A stretch of 64,000 bases of DNA from Balanoglossus misakiensis (GCA_040954595.2 CM082584.2:1288281-1352280); one strand, 5' to 3'. Counted from the first letter of the stretch, positions 29,201-42,680 are shown. A program made the numbers and translations. The notes: generated by a model not told the origin, from the letters alone.

Positions 29201-32200
29201 TTAATGGGCAGCACACTGTCCACTATGGCCTGGTTACTGTGTGCTCTGGTTAATGTTGACGCAAAGGTTGACCCCACCAAACACTCAAAATTAATGGGCA
29301 GCATACTGTCCACTATGGCCTGGTTACTGTGTGCTCTGGTTAATGCTGACGCAAAGGTTGACCCCACCAAACACTCAAAATTAATGGGCAGCACACTGTC
29401 CACTATGGCCTGGTTACTGTGTGCTCTGGTTAATGTTGACGCAAAGGTTGACCCCACCAAACACTCAAAATTAATGGGTAGAACACTGTCCACTATGGCC
29501 TGGTTACTGTGTGCTCTGGTTAATGTTGACGCAAAGGTTGACCCTACCAAACACTCAAAATTAATGGGCAGAACACTGTCCACTATGGCCTGGTTACTGT
29601 GTGCTCTGGTTAATGTTGACGCAAAGGTTGACCCTACCAAACACTCAAAATTAATGGGCAGAACACTGTCCACTATGGCCTGGTTACTGTGTGCTCTGGT
29701 TAATGTTGACGCAAAGGTTGACCCCACCAAACACTCAAAATTAATGGGCAGAACACTGTCCACTATGGCCTGGTTACTGTGTGCTCTGGTTAATGTTGAC
29801 ACAAAGGTTGACCCCACCAAACACTCAAAATTAATGGGCAGGATACTGGCCACTATGGCCTGGTTACTGTGTGCTTTGGTTAATGTTGACACAAAGGTTG
29901 AACCCACCAAACACTCAAAATTAATGGGCAGCATACTGTCCACTCTGGCCTGGTTATTGTGTGCTCTGGTTAATGTTGACGCAAAGGTTGACCCCACCAA
30001 ACACTCAAAATTAATGGGCACGACACTGGCCACTCTGGCCTGGTTAATGTTGACGCAAAGGTTGACCCCACCAAACCCTCAAAGTTAATGGGCAGCACAC
30101 TGTCCACTATGGCCTGGTTACTGTGTGCTCTGGTTAATGTTGACGCAAAGGTTGACCCCACCAAACACTCAAAATTAATGGCCTGTGCTCTGGTTAATGT
30201 TGACGCAAAGGTTGACCCCACCAAACACTCAAAATTAATGGGCAGCATACTGTCCACTATGGCCTGGTTACTGTGTGCTCTGGTTAATGTTGACGCAAAG
30301 GTTGACCCCACCAAACACTCAAAATTAATGGCCTGTGCTCTGGTTAATGTTGACGCAAAGGTTGACCCCACCAAACACTCAAAATTAATGGGCAGCATAC
30401 TGTCCACTATGGCCTGGTTACTTTGTGCTCTGGTTAATGTTGACGCAAAGGTTGACCCCACCAAACACTCAAAATTAATGGGCAGCACACTGTCCACTAT
30501 GGCCTGGTTGCTGTGTGCTCTGGTTAATGTTGACGCAAAGGTTGACCCCACCAAACACTCAAAATTAATGGGCAGCATACTGTCCACTATGGCCTGGTTA
30601 CTGTGTGCTCTGGTTAATGTTGACGCAAAGGTTGACCCCACCAAACACTCAAAATTAATGGGCAGCACACTGTCCACTATGGCCTGGTTACTGTGTGCTC
30701 TCGTTAATGTTGACGCAAAGGTTGACCCCACCAAACACTCAAAATTAATGGGCAGAACACTGTCCACTATGGCCTGGTTACTGTGTGCTCTGGTTAATGT
30801 TGACGCAAAGGTTGACCCCACCAAACACTCAAAATTAATGGGCAGAACACTGTCCACTATGGCCTGGTTACTGTGTGCTCTGGTTAATGTTGACACAAAG
30901 GTTGACCCCACCAAACACTCAAAATTAATGGGCAGGATACTGGCCACTCTGGCCTAGTTAATGTTGACGCAAAGGTTGACCCCCACCAAACACTCAAAAT
31001 TAATGGGCACGATACTGGCCACTCTGGCCTAGTTAATGTTGACGCAAAGGTTGACCCCACCAAACACTCAAAATTAATGGGCAGCACACTGTCCACTATG
31101 GCCTGGTTACTGTGTGCTCTGGTTAATGTTGACGCAAAGGTTGACCCCACCAAACACTCAAAATTAATGGGCAGCACACTGTCCACTATGGCCTGGTTAC
31201 TGTGTGCTCTGGTTAATGTTGACGGAAAGGTTGACCCCACCAAACACTCAAAATTAATGGGCAGCATACTGTCCACTCTGGCCTGGTTACTGTGTGCTCT
31301 GGTTAATGTTGACGCAAAGGTTGACCCCACTGTGTACTCTGGTTAATGTTGACGCAAAGGTTGACCCCACCAAACACTCAAAATTAATGGGCAGAACACT
31401 GTCCACTATGGCCTGGTTACTGTGTGCTCTGGTTAATGTTGACGCAAAGGTTGACCCCACCAAACACTCAAAATTAATGGGCAGAACACTGTCCACTATG
31501 GCCTGGTTACTGTGTGCTCTGGTTAATGTTGACACAAAGGTTGACCCCACCAAAAACTCAAAATTAATGGGCAGGATACTGGCCACTCTGGCCTAGTTAA
31601 TGTTGACGCAAAGGTTGACCCCCACCAAACACTCAAAATTAATGGGCACGATACTGGCCACTCTGGCCTAGTTAATGTTGACGCAAAGGTTGACCCCACC
31701 AAACACTCAAAATTAATGGGCACGACACTGGCCACTCTGGCCTGGTTAATGTTGACGCAAAGGTTGACCCCACCAAACCCTCAAAATTAATGGGCAGCAC
31801 ACTGTCCACTATGGCCTGGTTACTGTGTGCTCTGGTTAATGTTGACGCAAAGGTTGACCCCACCAAACACTCAAAATTAATGGGCTGTGCTCTGGTTAAT
31901 GTTGACGCAAAGGTTGACCCCACCAAACACTCAAAATTAATGGGCAGCACACTGTCCACTATGGCCTGGTTACTGTGTCCTCTGGTTAATGTTGACGCAA
32001 AGGTTGACCCTACCAAACACTCAAAATTAATGGGCAGCATACTGTCCACTCTGGCCTGGTTACTGTGTGCTCTGGTTAATGTTGACGCAAAGGTTGAACC
32101 CACCAAACACTCAAAATTAATGGGCAGCATACTGTCCACTCTGGCCTGGTTATTGTGTGCTCTGGTTAATGTTGACGCAAAGGTTGACCCCACCAAACAC

Positions 32201-35200
32201 TCAAAATTAATGGGCACGACACTGGCCACTCTGGCCTGGTTAATGTTGACGCAAAGGTTGACCCCACCAAACCCTCAAAATTAATGGGCAGCACACTGTC
32301 CACTATGGCCTGGTTACTGTGTGCTCTGGTTAATGTTGACGCAAAGGTTGACCCCACCAAACACTCAAAATTAATGGCCTGTGCTCTGGTTAATGTTGAC
32401 GCAAAGGTTGACCCCACCAAACACTCAAAATTAATGGGCAGCATACTGTCCACTATGGCCTGGTTACTGTGTGCTCTGGTTAATGTTGACGCAAAGGTTG
32501 ACCCCACCAAACACTCAAAATTAATGGGCAGCACACTGTCCACTATGGCCTGGTTACTGTGTGCTCTGGTTAATGTTGACGCAAAGGTTGACCCCACCAA
32601 ACACTCAAAATTAATGGGCAGCACACTGTCCACTATGGCCTGGTTACTGTGTGCTCTGGTTAATGTTGACGCAAAGGTTGACCCCACCAAACACTCAAAA
32701 TTAATGGGCAGAACACTGTCCACTATGGCCTGGTTACTGTGTGCTCTGGTTTATGTTGACACAAAGGTTGACCCCACCAAACACTCAAAATTAATGGGCA
32801 GAACACTGTCCACTATGGCCTGGTTACTGTGTGCTCTGGTTAATGTTGACGCAAAGGTTGACCCCACCAAACACTCAAAATTAATGGGCAGAACACTGTC
32901 CACTATGGCCTGGTTACTGTGTGCTCTGGTTAATGTTGACACAAAGGTTGACCCCACCAAACACTCAAAATTAATGGGCAGGATACTGGCCACTCTGGCC
33001 TAGTTAATGTTGACGCAAAGGTTGACCCCCACCAAACACTCAAAATTAATAGGCACGATACTGGCCACTCTGGCCTAGTTAATGTTGACGCAAAGGTTGA
33101 CCCCACCAAACACTCAAAATTAATGGGCAGCACACTGTCCACTATGGCCTGGTTACTGTGTGCTCTTGTTAATGTTGACGCAAAGGTTGACCCCACCAAA
33201 CACTCAAAATTAATGGGCAGCACACTGTCCACTATGGCCTGGTTACTGTGTGCTCTGGTTAATGTTGACGGAAAGGTTGACCCCACCAAACACTCAAAAT
33301 TAATGGGCAGCATACTGTCCACTCTGGCCTGGTTACTGTGTGCTCTGGTTAATGTTGACGCAAAGGTTGACACCACTGTGTACTCTGTTTAATGTTGACG
33401 CAAAGGTTGATCCCACCAAACACTCAAAATTAATGGGCAGCATACTGTCCACTCTGGCCTGGTTACTGTGTGCTCTGGTTAATGTTGACGCAAAGGTTGA
33501 CCCCACCAAACACTCAAAATTAATGGGCAGCATACTGTCCACTCTGGCCTGGTTACTGTGTGCTCTGGTTAATGTTGACGCAAAGGTTGACCCCACCAAA
33601 CACTCAAAATTAATGGGCAGCATACTGTCCACTCTGGCCTGGTTACTGTATGCTCTGGTTAATGTTGACGCAAAGGTTGACCCCACCAAACACTCAAAAT
33701 TAATGGGCAGCATACTGTCCACTCTGGCCTGGTTACTGTGTGCTCTGGTTAATGTTGACGCAAAGGTTGACCCCACCAAACACTCAAAATTAATGGGCAG
33801 AACACTGTCCACTATGGCCTGGTTACTGTGTGCTCTGGTTAATGTTGACGCAAAGGTTGACCCCACCAAACACTCAAAATTAATGGGCAGAACACTGTCC
33901 ACTATGGCCTGGTTACTGTGTGCTCTGGTTAATGTTGACACAAAGGTTGACCCCACCAAACACTCAAAATTAATGGGCAGGATACTGGCCACTCTGGCCT
34001 AGTTAATGTTGACGCAAAGGTTGACCCCCACCAAACACTCAAAATTAATGGGCACGATACTGGCCACTCTGGCCTAGTTAATGTTGACGCAAAGGTTGAC
34101 CCCACCAAACACTCAAAATTAATGGGCAGCACACTGTCCACTATGGCCTGGTTACTGTGTGCTCTGGTTAATGTTGACGCAAAGGTTGACCCCACCAAAC
34201 ACTCAAAATTAATGGGCAGAACACTGTCCACTATGGCCTGGTTACTGTGTGCTCTGGTTAATGTTGACGCAAAGGTTGACCCCACCAAACACTCAAAATT
34301 AATGGGCAGAACACTGTCCACTATGGCCTGGTTACTGTGTGCTCTGGTTAATGTTGACACAAAGGTTGACCCCACCAAACACTCAAAATTAATGGGCAGG
34401 ATACTGGCCACTCTGGCCTAGTTAATGTTGACGCAAAGGTTGACCCCCACCAAACACTCAAAATTAATGGGCACGATACTGGCCACTCTGGCCTAGTTAA
34501 TGTTGACGCAAAGGTTGACCCACCAAACACTCAAAATTAATGGGCACGACACTGGCCACTCTGGCCTGGTTAATGTTGACGCAAAGGTTGACCCCACCAA
34601 ACCCTCAAAATTAATGGGCAGCACACTGTCCACTATGGCCTGGTTACTGTGTGCTCTGGTTAATGTTGACGCAAAGGTTGACCCCACCAAACACTCAAAA
34701 TTAATGGGCTGTGCTCTGGTTAATGTTGACGCAAAGGTTGACCCCACCAAACACTCAAAATTAATGGGCAGCACACTGTCCACTATGGCCTGGTTACTGT
34801 GTGCTCTGGTTAATGTTGACGCAAAGGTTGACCCTACCAAACACTCAAAATTAATGGGCAGCATACTGTCCACTCTGGCCTGGTTACTGTGTGCTCTGGT
34901 TAATGTTGACGCAAAGGTTGAACCCACCAAACACTCAAAATTAATGGGCAGCATACTGTCCACTCTGGCCTGGTTATTGTGTGCTCTGGTTAATGTTGAC
35001 GCAAAGGTTGACCCCACCAAACACTCAAAATTAATGGGCACGACACTGGCCACTCTGGCCTGGTTAATGTTGACGCAAAGGTTGACCCCACCAAACCCTC
35101 AAAATTAATGGGCAGCACACTGTCCACTATGGCCTGGTTACTGTGTGCTCTGGTTAATGTTGACGCAAAGGTTGACCCCACCAAACACTCAAAATTAATG

Positions 35201-38200
35201 GCCTGTGCTCTGGTTAATGTTGACGCAAAGGTTGACCCCACCAAACACTCAAAATTAATGGGCAGCATACTGTCCACTATGGCCTGGTTACTGTGTGCTC
35301 TGGTTAATGTTGACGCAAAGGTTGACCCCACCAAACACTCAAAATTAATGGGCAGCACACTGTCCACTATGGCCTGGTTACTGTGTGCTCTGGTTAATGT
35401 TGACGCAAAGGTTGACCCCACCAAACACTCAAAATTAATGGGCAGCACACTGTCCACTAAGGCCTGGTTACTGTGTGCTCTGGTTAATGTTGACGCAAAG
35501 GTTGACCCCACCAAACACTCAAAATTAATGGGCAGAACACTGTCCACTATGGCCTGGTTACTGTGTGCTCTGGTTAATGTTGACACAAAGGTTGACCCCA
35601 CCAAACACTCAAAATTAATGGGCAGAACACTGTCCACTATGGCCTGGTTACTGTGTGCTCTGGTTAATGTTGACGCAAAGGTTGACCCCACCAAACACTC
35701 AAAATTAATGGGCAGAACACTGTCCACTATGGCCTGGTTACTGTGTGCTCTGGTTAATGTTGACACAAAGGTTGACCCCACCAAACACTCAAAATTAATG
35801 GGCAGGATACTGGCCACTCTGGCCTAGTTAATGTTGACGCAAAGGTTGACCCCCACCAAACACTCAAAATTAATGGGCACGATACTGGCCACTCTGGCCT
35901 AGTTAATGTTGACGCAAAGGTTGACCCCACCAAACACTCAAAATATGGGCAGCACACTGTCCACTATGGCCTGGTTACTGTGTGCTCTTGTTAATGTTGA
36001 CGCAAAGGTTGACCCCACCAAACACTCAAAATTAATGGCAGCATACTGTCCACGCTGGCCTGGTTACTGTGTGCTCTGGTTAATGTTGACGCAAAGGTTG
36101 ACACCACTGTGTACTCTGTTTAATGTTGACGCAAAGGTTGATCCCACCAAACACTCAAAATTAATGGGCAGCATACTGTCCACTCTGGCCTGGTTACTGT
36201 GTGCTCTGGTTAATGTTGACGCAAAGGTTGACCCCACCAAACACTCAAAATTAATGGGCAGCATACTGTCCACTCTGGCCTGGTTACTGTGTGCTCTGGT
36301 TAATGTTGACGCAAAGGTTGACCCCACCAAACACTCAAAATTAATGGGCAGCATACTGTCCACTCTGGCCTGGTTACTGTATGCTCTGGTTAATGTTGAC
36401 GCAAAGGTTGACCCCACCAAACACTCAAAATTAATGGGCAGCATACTGTCCACTCTGGCCTGGTTACTGTGTGCTCTGGTTAATGTTGACGCAAAGGTTG
36501 ACCCCACCAAACACTTAAAATTAATGGGCAGCATACTGTCCACTCTGGCCTGGTTAATGTTGACGCAAAGGTTGACCCCACCAAGCACTCAAAATTAATG
36601 GGCAGCATACTGTCCACTATGGCCTGGTTACTGTGTGCTCTGGTTAATGTTGACGCAAAGGTTGACCCCACCAAACACTCAAAATTAATGGCCTGTGCTC
36701 TGGTTAATGTTGACGCAAAGGTTGACCCCACCAAACACTCAAAATTAATGGGCAGAACACTGTCCACTATGGCCTGGTTACTGTGTGCTCTGGTTAATGT
36801 TGACACAAAGGTTGACCCCACCAAACACTCAAAATTAATGGGCAGCATACTGTCCACTCTGGCCTGGTTACTGTGTGCTCTGGTTAATGTTGACGCAAAG
36901 GTTGACCCCACCAAACACTCAAAATTAATGGGCAGAACACTGTCCACTATGGCCTGGTTACTGTGTGCTCTGGTTAATGTTGACGCAAAGGTTGACCCCA
37001 CCAAACACTCAAAATTAATGGGCAGAACACTGTCCACTATGGCCTGGTTACTGTGTGCTCTGGTTAATGTTGACACAAAGGTTGACCCCACCAAACACTC
37101 AAAATTAATGGGCAGAATTCTGGCCACTCTGGCCTAGTTAATGTTGACGCAAAGGTTGACCCCCACCAAACACTCAAAATTAATGGGCACGATACTGGCC
37201 ACTCTGGCCTAGTTAATGTTGACGCAAAGGTTGACCCCACCAAACACTCAAAATTAATGGGCAGCACACTGTCCACTATGGCCTGGTTACTGTGTGCTCT
37301 GGTTAATGTTGACGCAAAGGTTGACCCCACCAAACACTCAAAATTAATGGGCAGCACACTGTCCACTATGGCCTGGTTACTGTGTGCTCTGGTTAATGTT
37401 GACGGAAAGGTTGACCCCACCAAACACTCAAAATTAATGGGCAGCATACTGTCCACTCTGGCCTGGTTACTGTGTGCTCTGGTTAATGTTGACGCAAAGG
37501 TTGACCCCACTGTGTACTCTGGTTAATGTTGACGCAAAGGTTGACCCCACCAAACACTCAAAATTAATGGGCAGAACACCGTCCACTATGGCCTGGTTAC
37601 TGTGTGCTCTGGTTAATGTTGACGCAAAGGTTGACCCCACCAAACACTCAAAATTAATGGGCAGAACACTGTCCACTATGGCCTGGTTACTGTGTGCTCT
37701 GGTTAATGTTGACACAAAGGTTGACCCCACCAAACACTCAAAATTAATGGGCAGGATACTGGCCACTCTGGCCTAGTTAATGTTGACGCAAAGGTTGACC
37801 CCCACCAAACACTCAAAATTAATGGGCACGATACTGGCCACTCTGGCCTAGTTAATGTTGACGCAAAGGTTGACCCCACCAAACACTCAAAATTAATGGG
37901 CACGACACTGGCCACTCTGGCCTGGTTAATGTTGACGCAAAGGTTGACCCCACCAAACCCTCAAAATTAATGGGCAGCACACTGTCCACTATGGCCTGGT
38001 TACTGTGTGCTCTGGTTAATGTTGACGCAAAGGTTGACCCCACCAAACACTCAAAATTAATGGGCTGTGCTCTGGTTAATGTTGACGCTAAGGTTGACCC
38101 CACCAAACACTCAAAATTAATGGGCAGCACACTGTCCACTATGGCCTGGTTACTGTGTGCTCTGGTTAATGTTGACGCAAAGGTTGACCCTACCAAACAC

Positions 38201-41200
38201 TCAAAATTAATGGGCAGCATACTGTCCACTCTGGCCTGGTTACTGTGTGCTCTGGTTAATGTTGACGCAAAGGTTGAACCCACCAAACACTCAAAATTAA
38301 TGGGCAGCATACTGTCCACTCTGGCCTGGTTATTGTGTGCTCTGGTTAATGTTGACGCAAAGGTTGACCCCACCAAACACTCAAAATTAATGGGCACGAC
38401 ACTGGCCACTCTGGCCTGGTTAATGTTGACGCAAAGGTTGACCCCACCAAACCCTCAAAATTAACGGGCAGCACACTGTCCACTATGGCCTGGTTACTGT
38501 GTGCTCTGGTTAATGTTGACGCAAAGGTTGACCCCACCAAACACTCAAAATTAATGGCCTGTGCTCTGGTTAATGTTGACGCAAAGGTTGACCCCACCAA
38601 ACACTCAAAATTAATGGGCAGCATACTGTCCACTATGGCCTGGTTACTGTGTGCTCTGGTTAATGTTGACGCAAAGGTTGACCCCACCAAACACTCAAAA
38701 TTAATGGGCAGCACACTGTCCACTATGGCCTGGTTACTGTGTGCTCTGGTTAATGTTGACGCAAAGGTTGACCCCACCAAACACTCAAAATTAATGGGCA
38801 GCACACTGTCCACTAAGGCCTGGTTACTGTGTGCTCTGGTTAATGTTGACGCAAAGGTTGACCCCACCAAACACTCAAAATTAATGGGCAGAACACTGTC
38901 CACTATGGCCTGGTTACTGTGTGCTCTGGTTAATGTTGACACAAAGGTTGACCCCACCAAACACTCAAAATTAATGGGCAGAACACTGTCCACTATGGCC
39001 TGGTTACTGTGTGCTCTGGTTAATGTTGACGCAAAGGTTGACCCCACCAAACACTCAAAATTAATGGGCAGAACACTGTCCACTATGGCCTGGTTACTGT
39101 GTGCTCTGGTTAATGTTGACACAAAGGTTGACCCCACCAAACATTCAAAATTAATGGGCAGGATACTGGCCACTCTGGCCTAGTTAATGTTGACGCAAAG
39201 GTTGACCCCCACCAAACACTCAAAATTAATGGGCACGATACTGGCCACTCTGGCCTAGTTAATGTTGACGCAAAGGTTGACCCCACCAAACACTCAAAAT
39301 TAATGGGCAGCACACTGTCCACTATGGCCTGGTTACTGTGTGCTCTTGTTAATGTTGACGCAAAGGTTGACCCCACCAAACACTCAAAATTAATGGGCAG
39401 CATACTGTCCACTCTGGCCTGGTTACTGTGAGCTCTGGTTAATGTTGACGCAAAGGTTGACACCACTGTGTACTCTATTTAATGTTGACGCAAAGGTTGA
39501 TCCCACCAAACACTCAAAATTAATGGGCAGCATACTGTCCACTCTGGCCTGGTTACTGTGTGCTCTGGTTAATGTTGACGCAAAGGTTGACCCCACCAAA
39601 CACTCAAAATTAATGGGCAGCATACTGTCCACTCTGGCCTGGTTACTGTGTGCTCTGGTTAATGTTGACGCAAAGGTTGACCCCACCAAACACTCAAAAT
39701 TAATGGGCAGCATACTGTCCACTCTGGCCTGGTTACTGTATGCTCTGGTTAATGTTGACGCAAAGGTTGACCCCACCAAACACTCAAAATTAATGGGCAG
39801 CATACTGTCCACTCTGGCCTGGTTACTGTGTGCTCTGGTTAATGTTGACGCAAAGGTTGACCCCACCAAACACTCAAAATTAATGGCCTGTGCTCTGGTT
39901 AATGTTGACGCAAAGGTTGACCCCACCAAACACTCAAAATTAATGGGCAGCATACTGTCCACTATGGCCTGGTTACTGTGTGCTCTGGTTAATGTTGACG
40001 CAAAGGTTGACCCCACCAAACACTCAAAATTAATGGGCAGCACACTGTCCACTATGGCCTGGTTACTGTGTGCTCTGGTTAATGTTGACGCAAAGGTTGA
40101 CCCCACCAAACACTCAAAATTAATGGGCAGCACACTGTCCACTAAGGCCTGGTTACTGTGTGCTCTGGTTAATGTTGACGCAAAGGTTGACCCCACCAAA
40201 CACTCAAAATTAATGGGCAGAACACTGTCCACTATGGCCTGGTTACTGTGTGCTCTGGTTAATGTTGACACAAAGGTTGACCCCACCAAACACTCAAAAT
40301 TAATGGGCAGAACACTGTCCACTATGGCCTGGTTACTGTGTGCTCTGGTTAATGTTGACGCAAAGGTTGACCCCACCAAACACTCAAAATTAATGGGCAG
40401 AACACTGTCCACTATGGCCTGGTTACTGTGTGCTCTGGTTAATGTTGACACAAAGGTTGACCCCACCAAACATTCAAAATTAATGGGCAGGATACTGGCC
40501 ACTCTGGCCTAGTTAATGTTGACGCAAAGGTTGACCCCCACCAAACACTCAAAATTAATGGGCACAATACTGGCCACTCTGGCCTAGTTAATGTTGACGC
40601 AAAGGTTGACCCCACCAAACACTCAAAATTAATGGGCAGCACACTGTCCACTATGGCCTGGTTACTGTGTGCTCTTGTTAATGTTGACGCAAAGGTTGAC
40701 CCCACCAAACACTCAAAATTAATGGGCAGCATACTGTCCACTCTGGCCTGGTTACTGTGTGCTCTGGTTAATGTTGACGCAAAGGTTGACACCACTGTGT
40801 ACTCTGTTTAATGTTGACGCAAAGGTTGATCCCACCAAACACTCAAAATTAATGGGCAGCATACTGTCCACTCTGGCCTGGTTACTGTGTGCTCTGGTTA
40901 ATGTTGACGCAAAGGTTGACCCCACCAAACACTCAAAATTAATGGGCAGCATACTGTCCACTCTGGCCTGGTTACTGTGTGCTCTGGTTAATGTTGACGC
41001 AAAGGTTGACCCCACCAAACACTCAAAATTAATGGGCAGCATACTGTCCACTCTGGCCTGGTTACTGTATGCTCTGGTTAATGTTGACGCAAAGGTTGAC
41101 CCCACCAAACACTCAAAATTAATGGGCAGCATACTGTCCACTCTGGCCTGGTTACTGTGTGCTCTGGTTAATGTTGACGCAAAGGTTGACCCCACCAAAC

Positions 41201-42272
41201 ACTTAAAATTAATGGGCAGCATACTGTCCACTCTGGCCTGGTTAATGTTGACGCAAAGGTTGACCCCACCAAGCACTCAAAATTAATGGGCAGCATACTG
41301 TCCACTATGGCCTGGTTACTGTGTGCTCTGGTTAATGTTGACGCAAAGGTTGACCCCACCAAACACTCAAAATTAATGGGCAGCATACTGTCCACTCTGG
41401 CCTGGTTACTGTGTGCTCTGGTTAATGTTGACGCAAAGGTTGACCCCACCAAACACTCAAAATTAATGGGCAGCATACTGTCCACTCTGGCCTGGTTACT
41501 GTGTGCTCTGGTTAATGTTGACGCAAAGGTTGACCCCACCAAACACTCAAAATTAATGGGCAGCATACTGTCCACTCTGGCCTGGTTAATGTTGACGCAA
41601 AGGTTGACCCCACCAAGCACTCAAAATTAATGGGCAGCATACTGTCCACTATGGCCTGGTTACTGTGTGCTCTGGTTAATGTTGACGCAAAGGTTGACCC
41701 CACCAAACACTCAAAATTAATGGGCAGCATACTGTCCACTCTGGCCTGGTTACTGTGTGCTCTGGTTAATGTTGACGCAAAGGTTGACCCCACCAAACAC
41801 TCAAAATTAATGGGCAGCATACTGTCCACTCTGGCCTGGTTACTGTGTGCTCTGGTTAATGTTGACGCAAAGGTTGACCCCACCAAACACTCAAAATTAA
41901 TGGGCAGCATACTGTCCACTCTGGCCCTGTTACTGTGTGCTCTGGTTAATGTTGACGCGAAGGTTGACCCCATCAAACACTCAAAATTAATGGGCAGCAT
42001 AATGTCCAGTCTGGCCTGGTTACTGTGTGCCCTGGTTAATGTTAATGGTAGGTCGTGGCTGTCTCATTTCAGGGATTTGTGGACTAAATGTCAATCTTTG
42101 TACTATTCGTACATGAAACTTTTCTTTCAAATACAACTTACAGACCAACATAGACAGTCATGCTTATATAAGTATGACTATCTATTAAAGTAACATTCAT
42201 ATCATGATTGTTGTTTTACACTGTGTTTTCAAAGTAATTGTTGCAGTAAACCAATTGCCTTGCTTGGAAATA

Positions 42273-42387
42273 TTAAAAGGGAAGTCTTGTCCAGCTGATT
42301 TATGCATAATTTCTACACAATGTTTTTTTCTGAAAGAATGGCCTTAAAGCTACCCAATTATGTAGCTGAACCGGACTTCCCCTTTAA
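42273..42387. mobile_element. Small TTAA-flanked MITE (Kolobok-like ends)
   Basis: TTAAAAGGGAAGTCTTGTCCAGCT ... AGCTGAACCGGACTTCCCCTTTAA form imperfect inverted ends. Confidence 0.6.
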
Positions 42388-42680
42388 ATGCTACCAGTGA
42401 GCTTGTTTGTCTTTGTAAATACACTCAAGTATTAATCCCCTTTTTCTCAGAATTCAATGCATCTTCATGCCATGAGGTGAGAGGACACTTTTGTTAGCAG
42501 GAGGCAAACAAATCCAAAATAAATAATACCAGTGCAAAGTTGGTCTGCTGACTTTCTCCACATTTCATTATTGAATTACGGCAAAATTATGAAATCCAAT
42601 TATGAAATTCAGCTTTTTGTCCATTTTTTGTTGCTGCAAATTCATTGCGGTATAAAGGTCAATAATATGACAAATCTTGG

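Larger units (their letters stand above)
2776..42046. repeat. Satellite array, 90-bp monomer with 74/75-, 60- and 40-bp variants, roughly 400+ monomers, with higher-order structure
   Basis: Consensus GGTTAATGTTGACGCAAAGGTTGACCCCACCAAACACTCAAAATTAATGGGCAG(C/A)A(T/C)ACTGTCCACT(A/C)TGGCCTGGTTACTGTGTGCTCT repeats head-to-tail throughout, except for two TE insertions. The terminal monomers are the most diverged. Copy number is estimated from length. Confidence 0.99.

Noticed and set aside
2776-42046. CRISPR-like array (constant ~50-bp block alternating with a variable block)
   Set aside because: The variable parts are a handful of point and deletion variants of one sequence, not unique spacers. 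There are no cas genes and the context is eukaryotic.
2776-42046. Array of micro-exons or recursive splice sites on the gene (minus) strand
   Set aside because: The candidate AACCAG acceptors lack pyrimidine tracts, the putative donor varies (GTATGC/GTGTGC/GTGTTC/GTATCC), the implied 29-nt exon is not frame-preserving, and there is no AG|GT ratchet motif.
2847-42193. Repeat proteins (MGSILSTMAWLLCALVNVDAKVDPTKHSKL)n on + and (PINFECLVGSTFASTLTRAHSNQAIVDSVL)n on -
   Set aside because: A 30-codon unit is often stop-free by chance in one or two of six frames. The 74/75- and 40-bp monomers and single-base indels break frame every few hundred bp, stops and TE insertions are tolerated, and the cassette lengths (149, 223 bp) are not multiples of 3.
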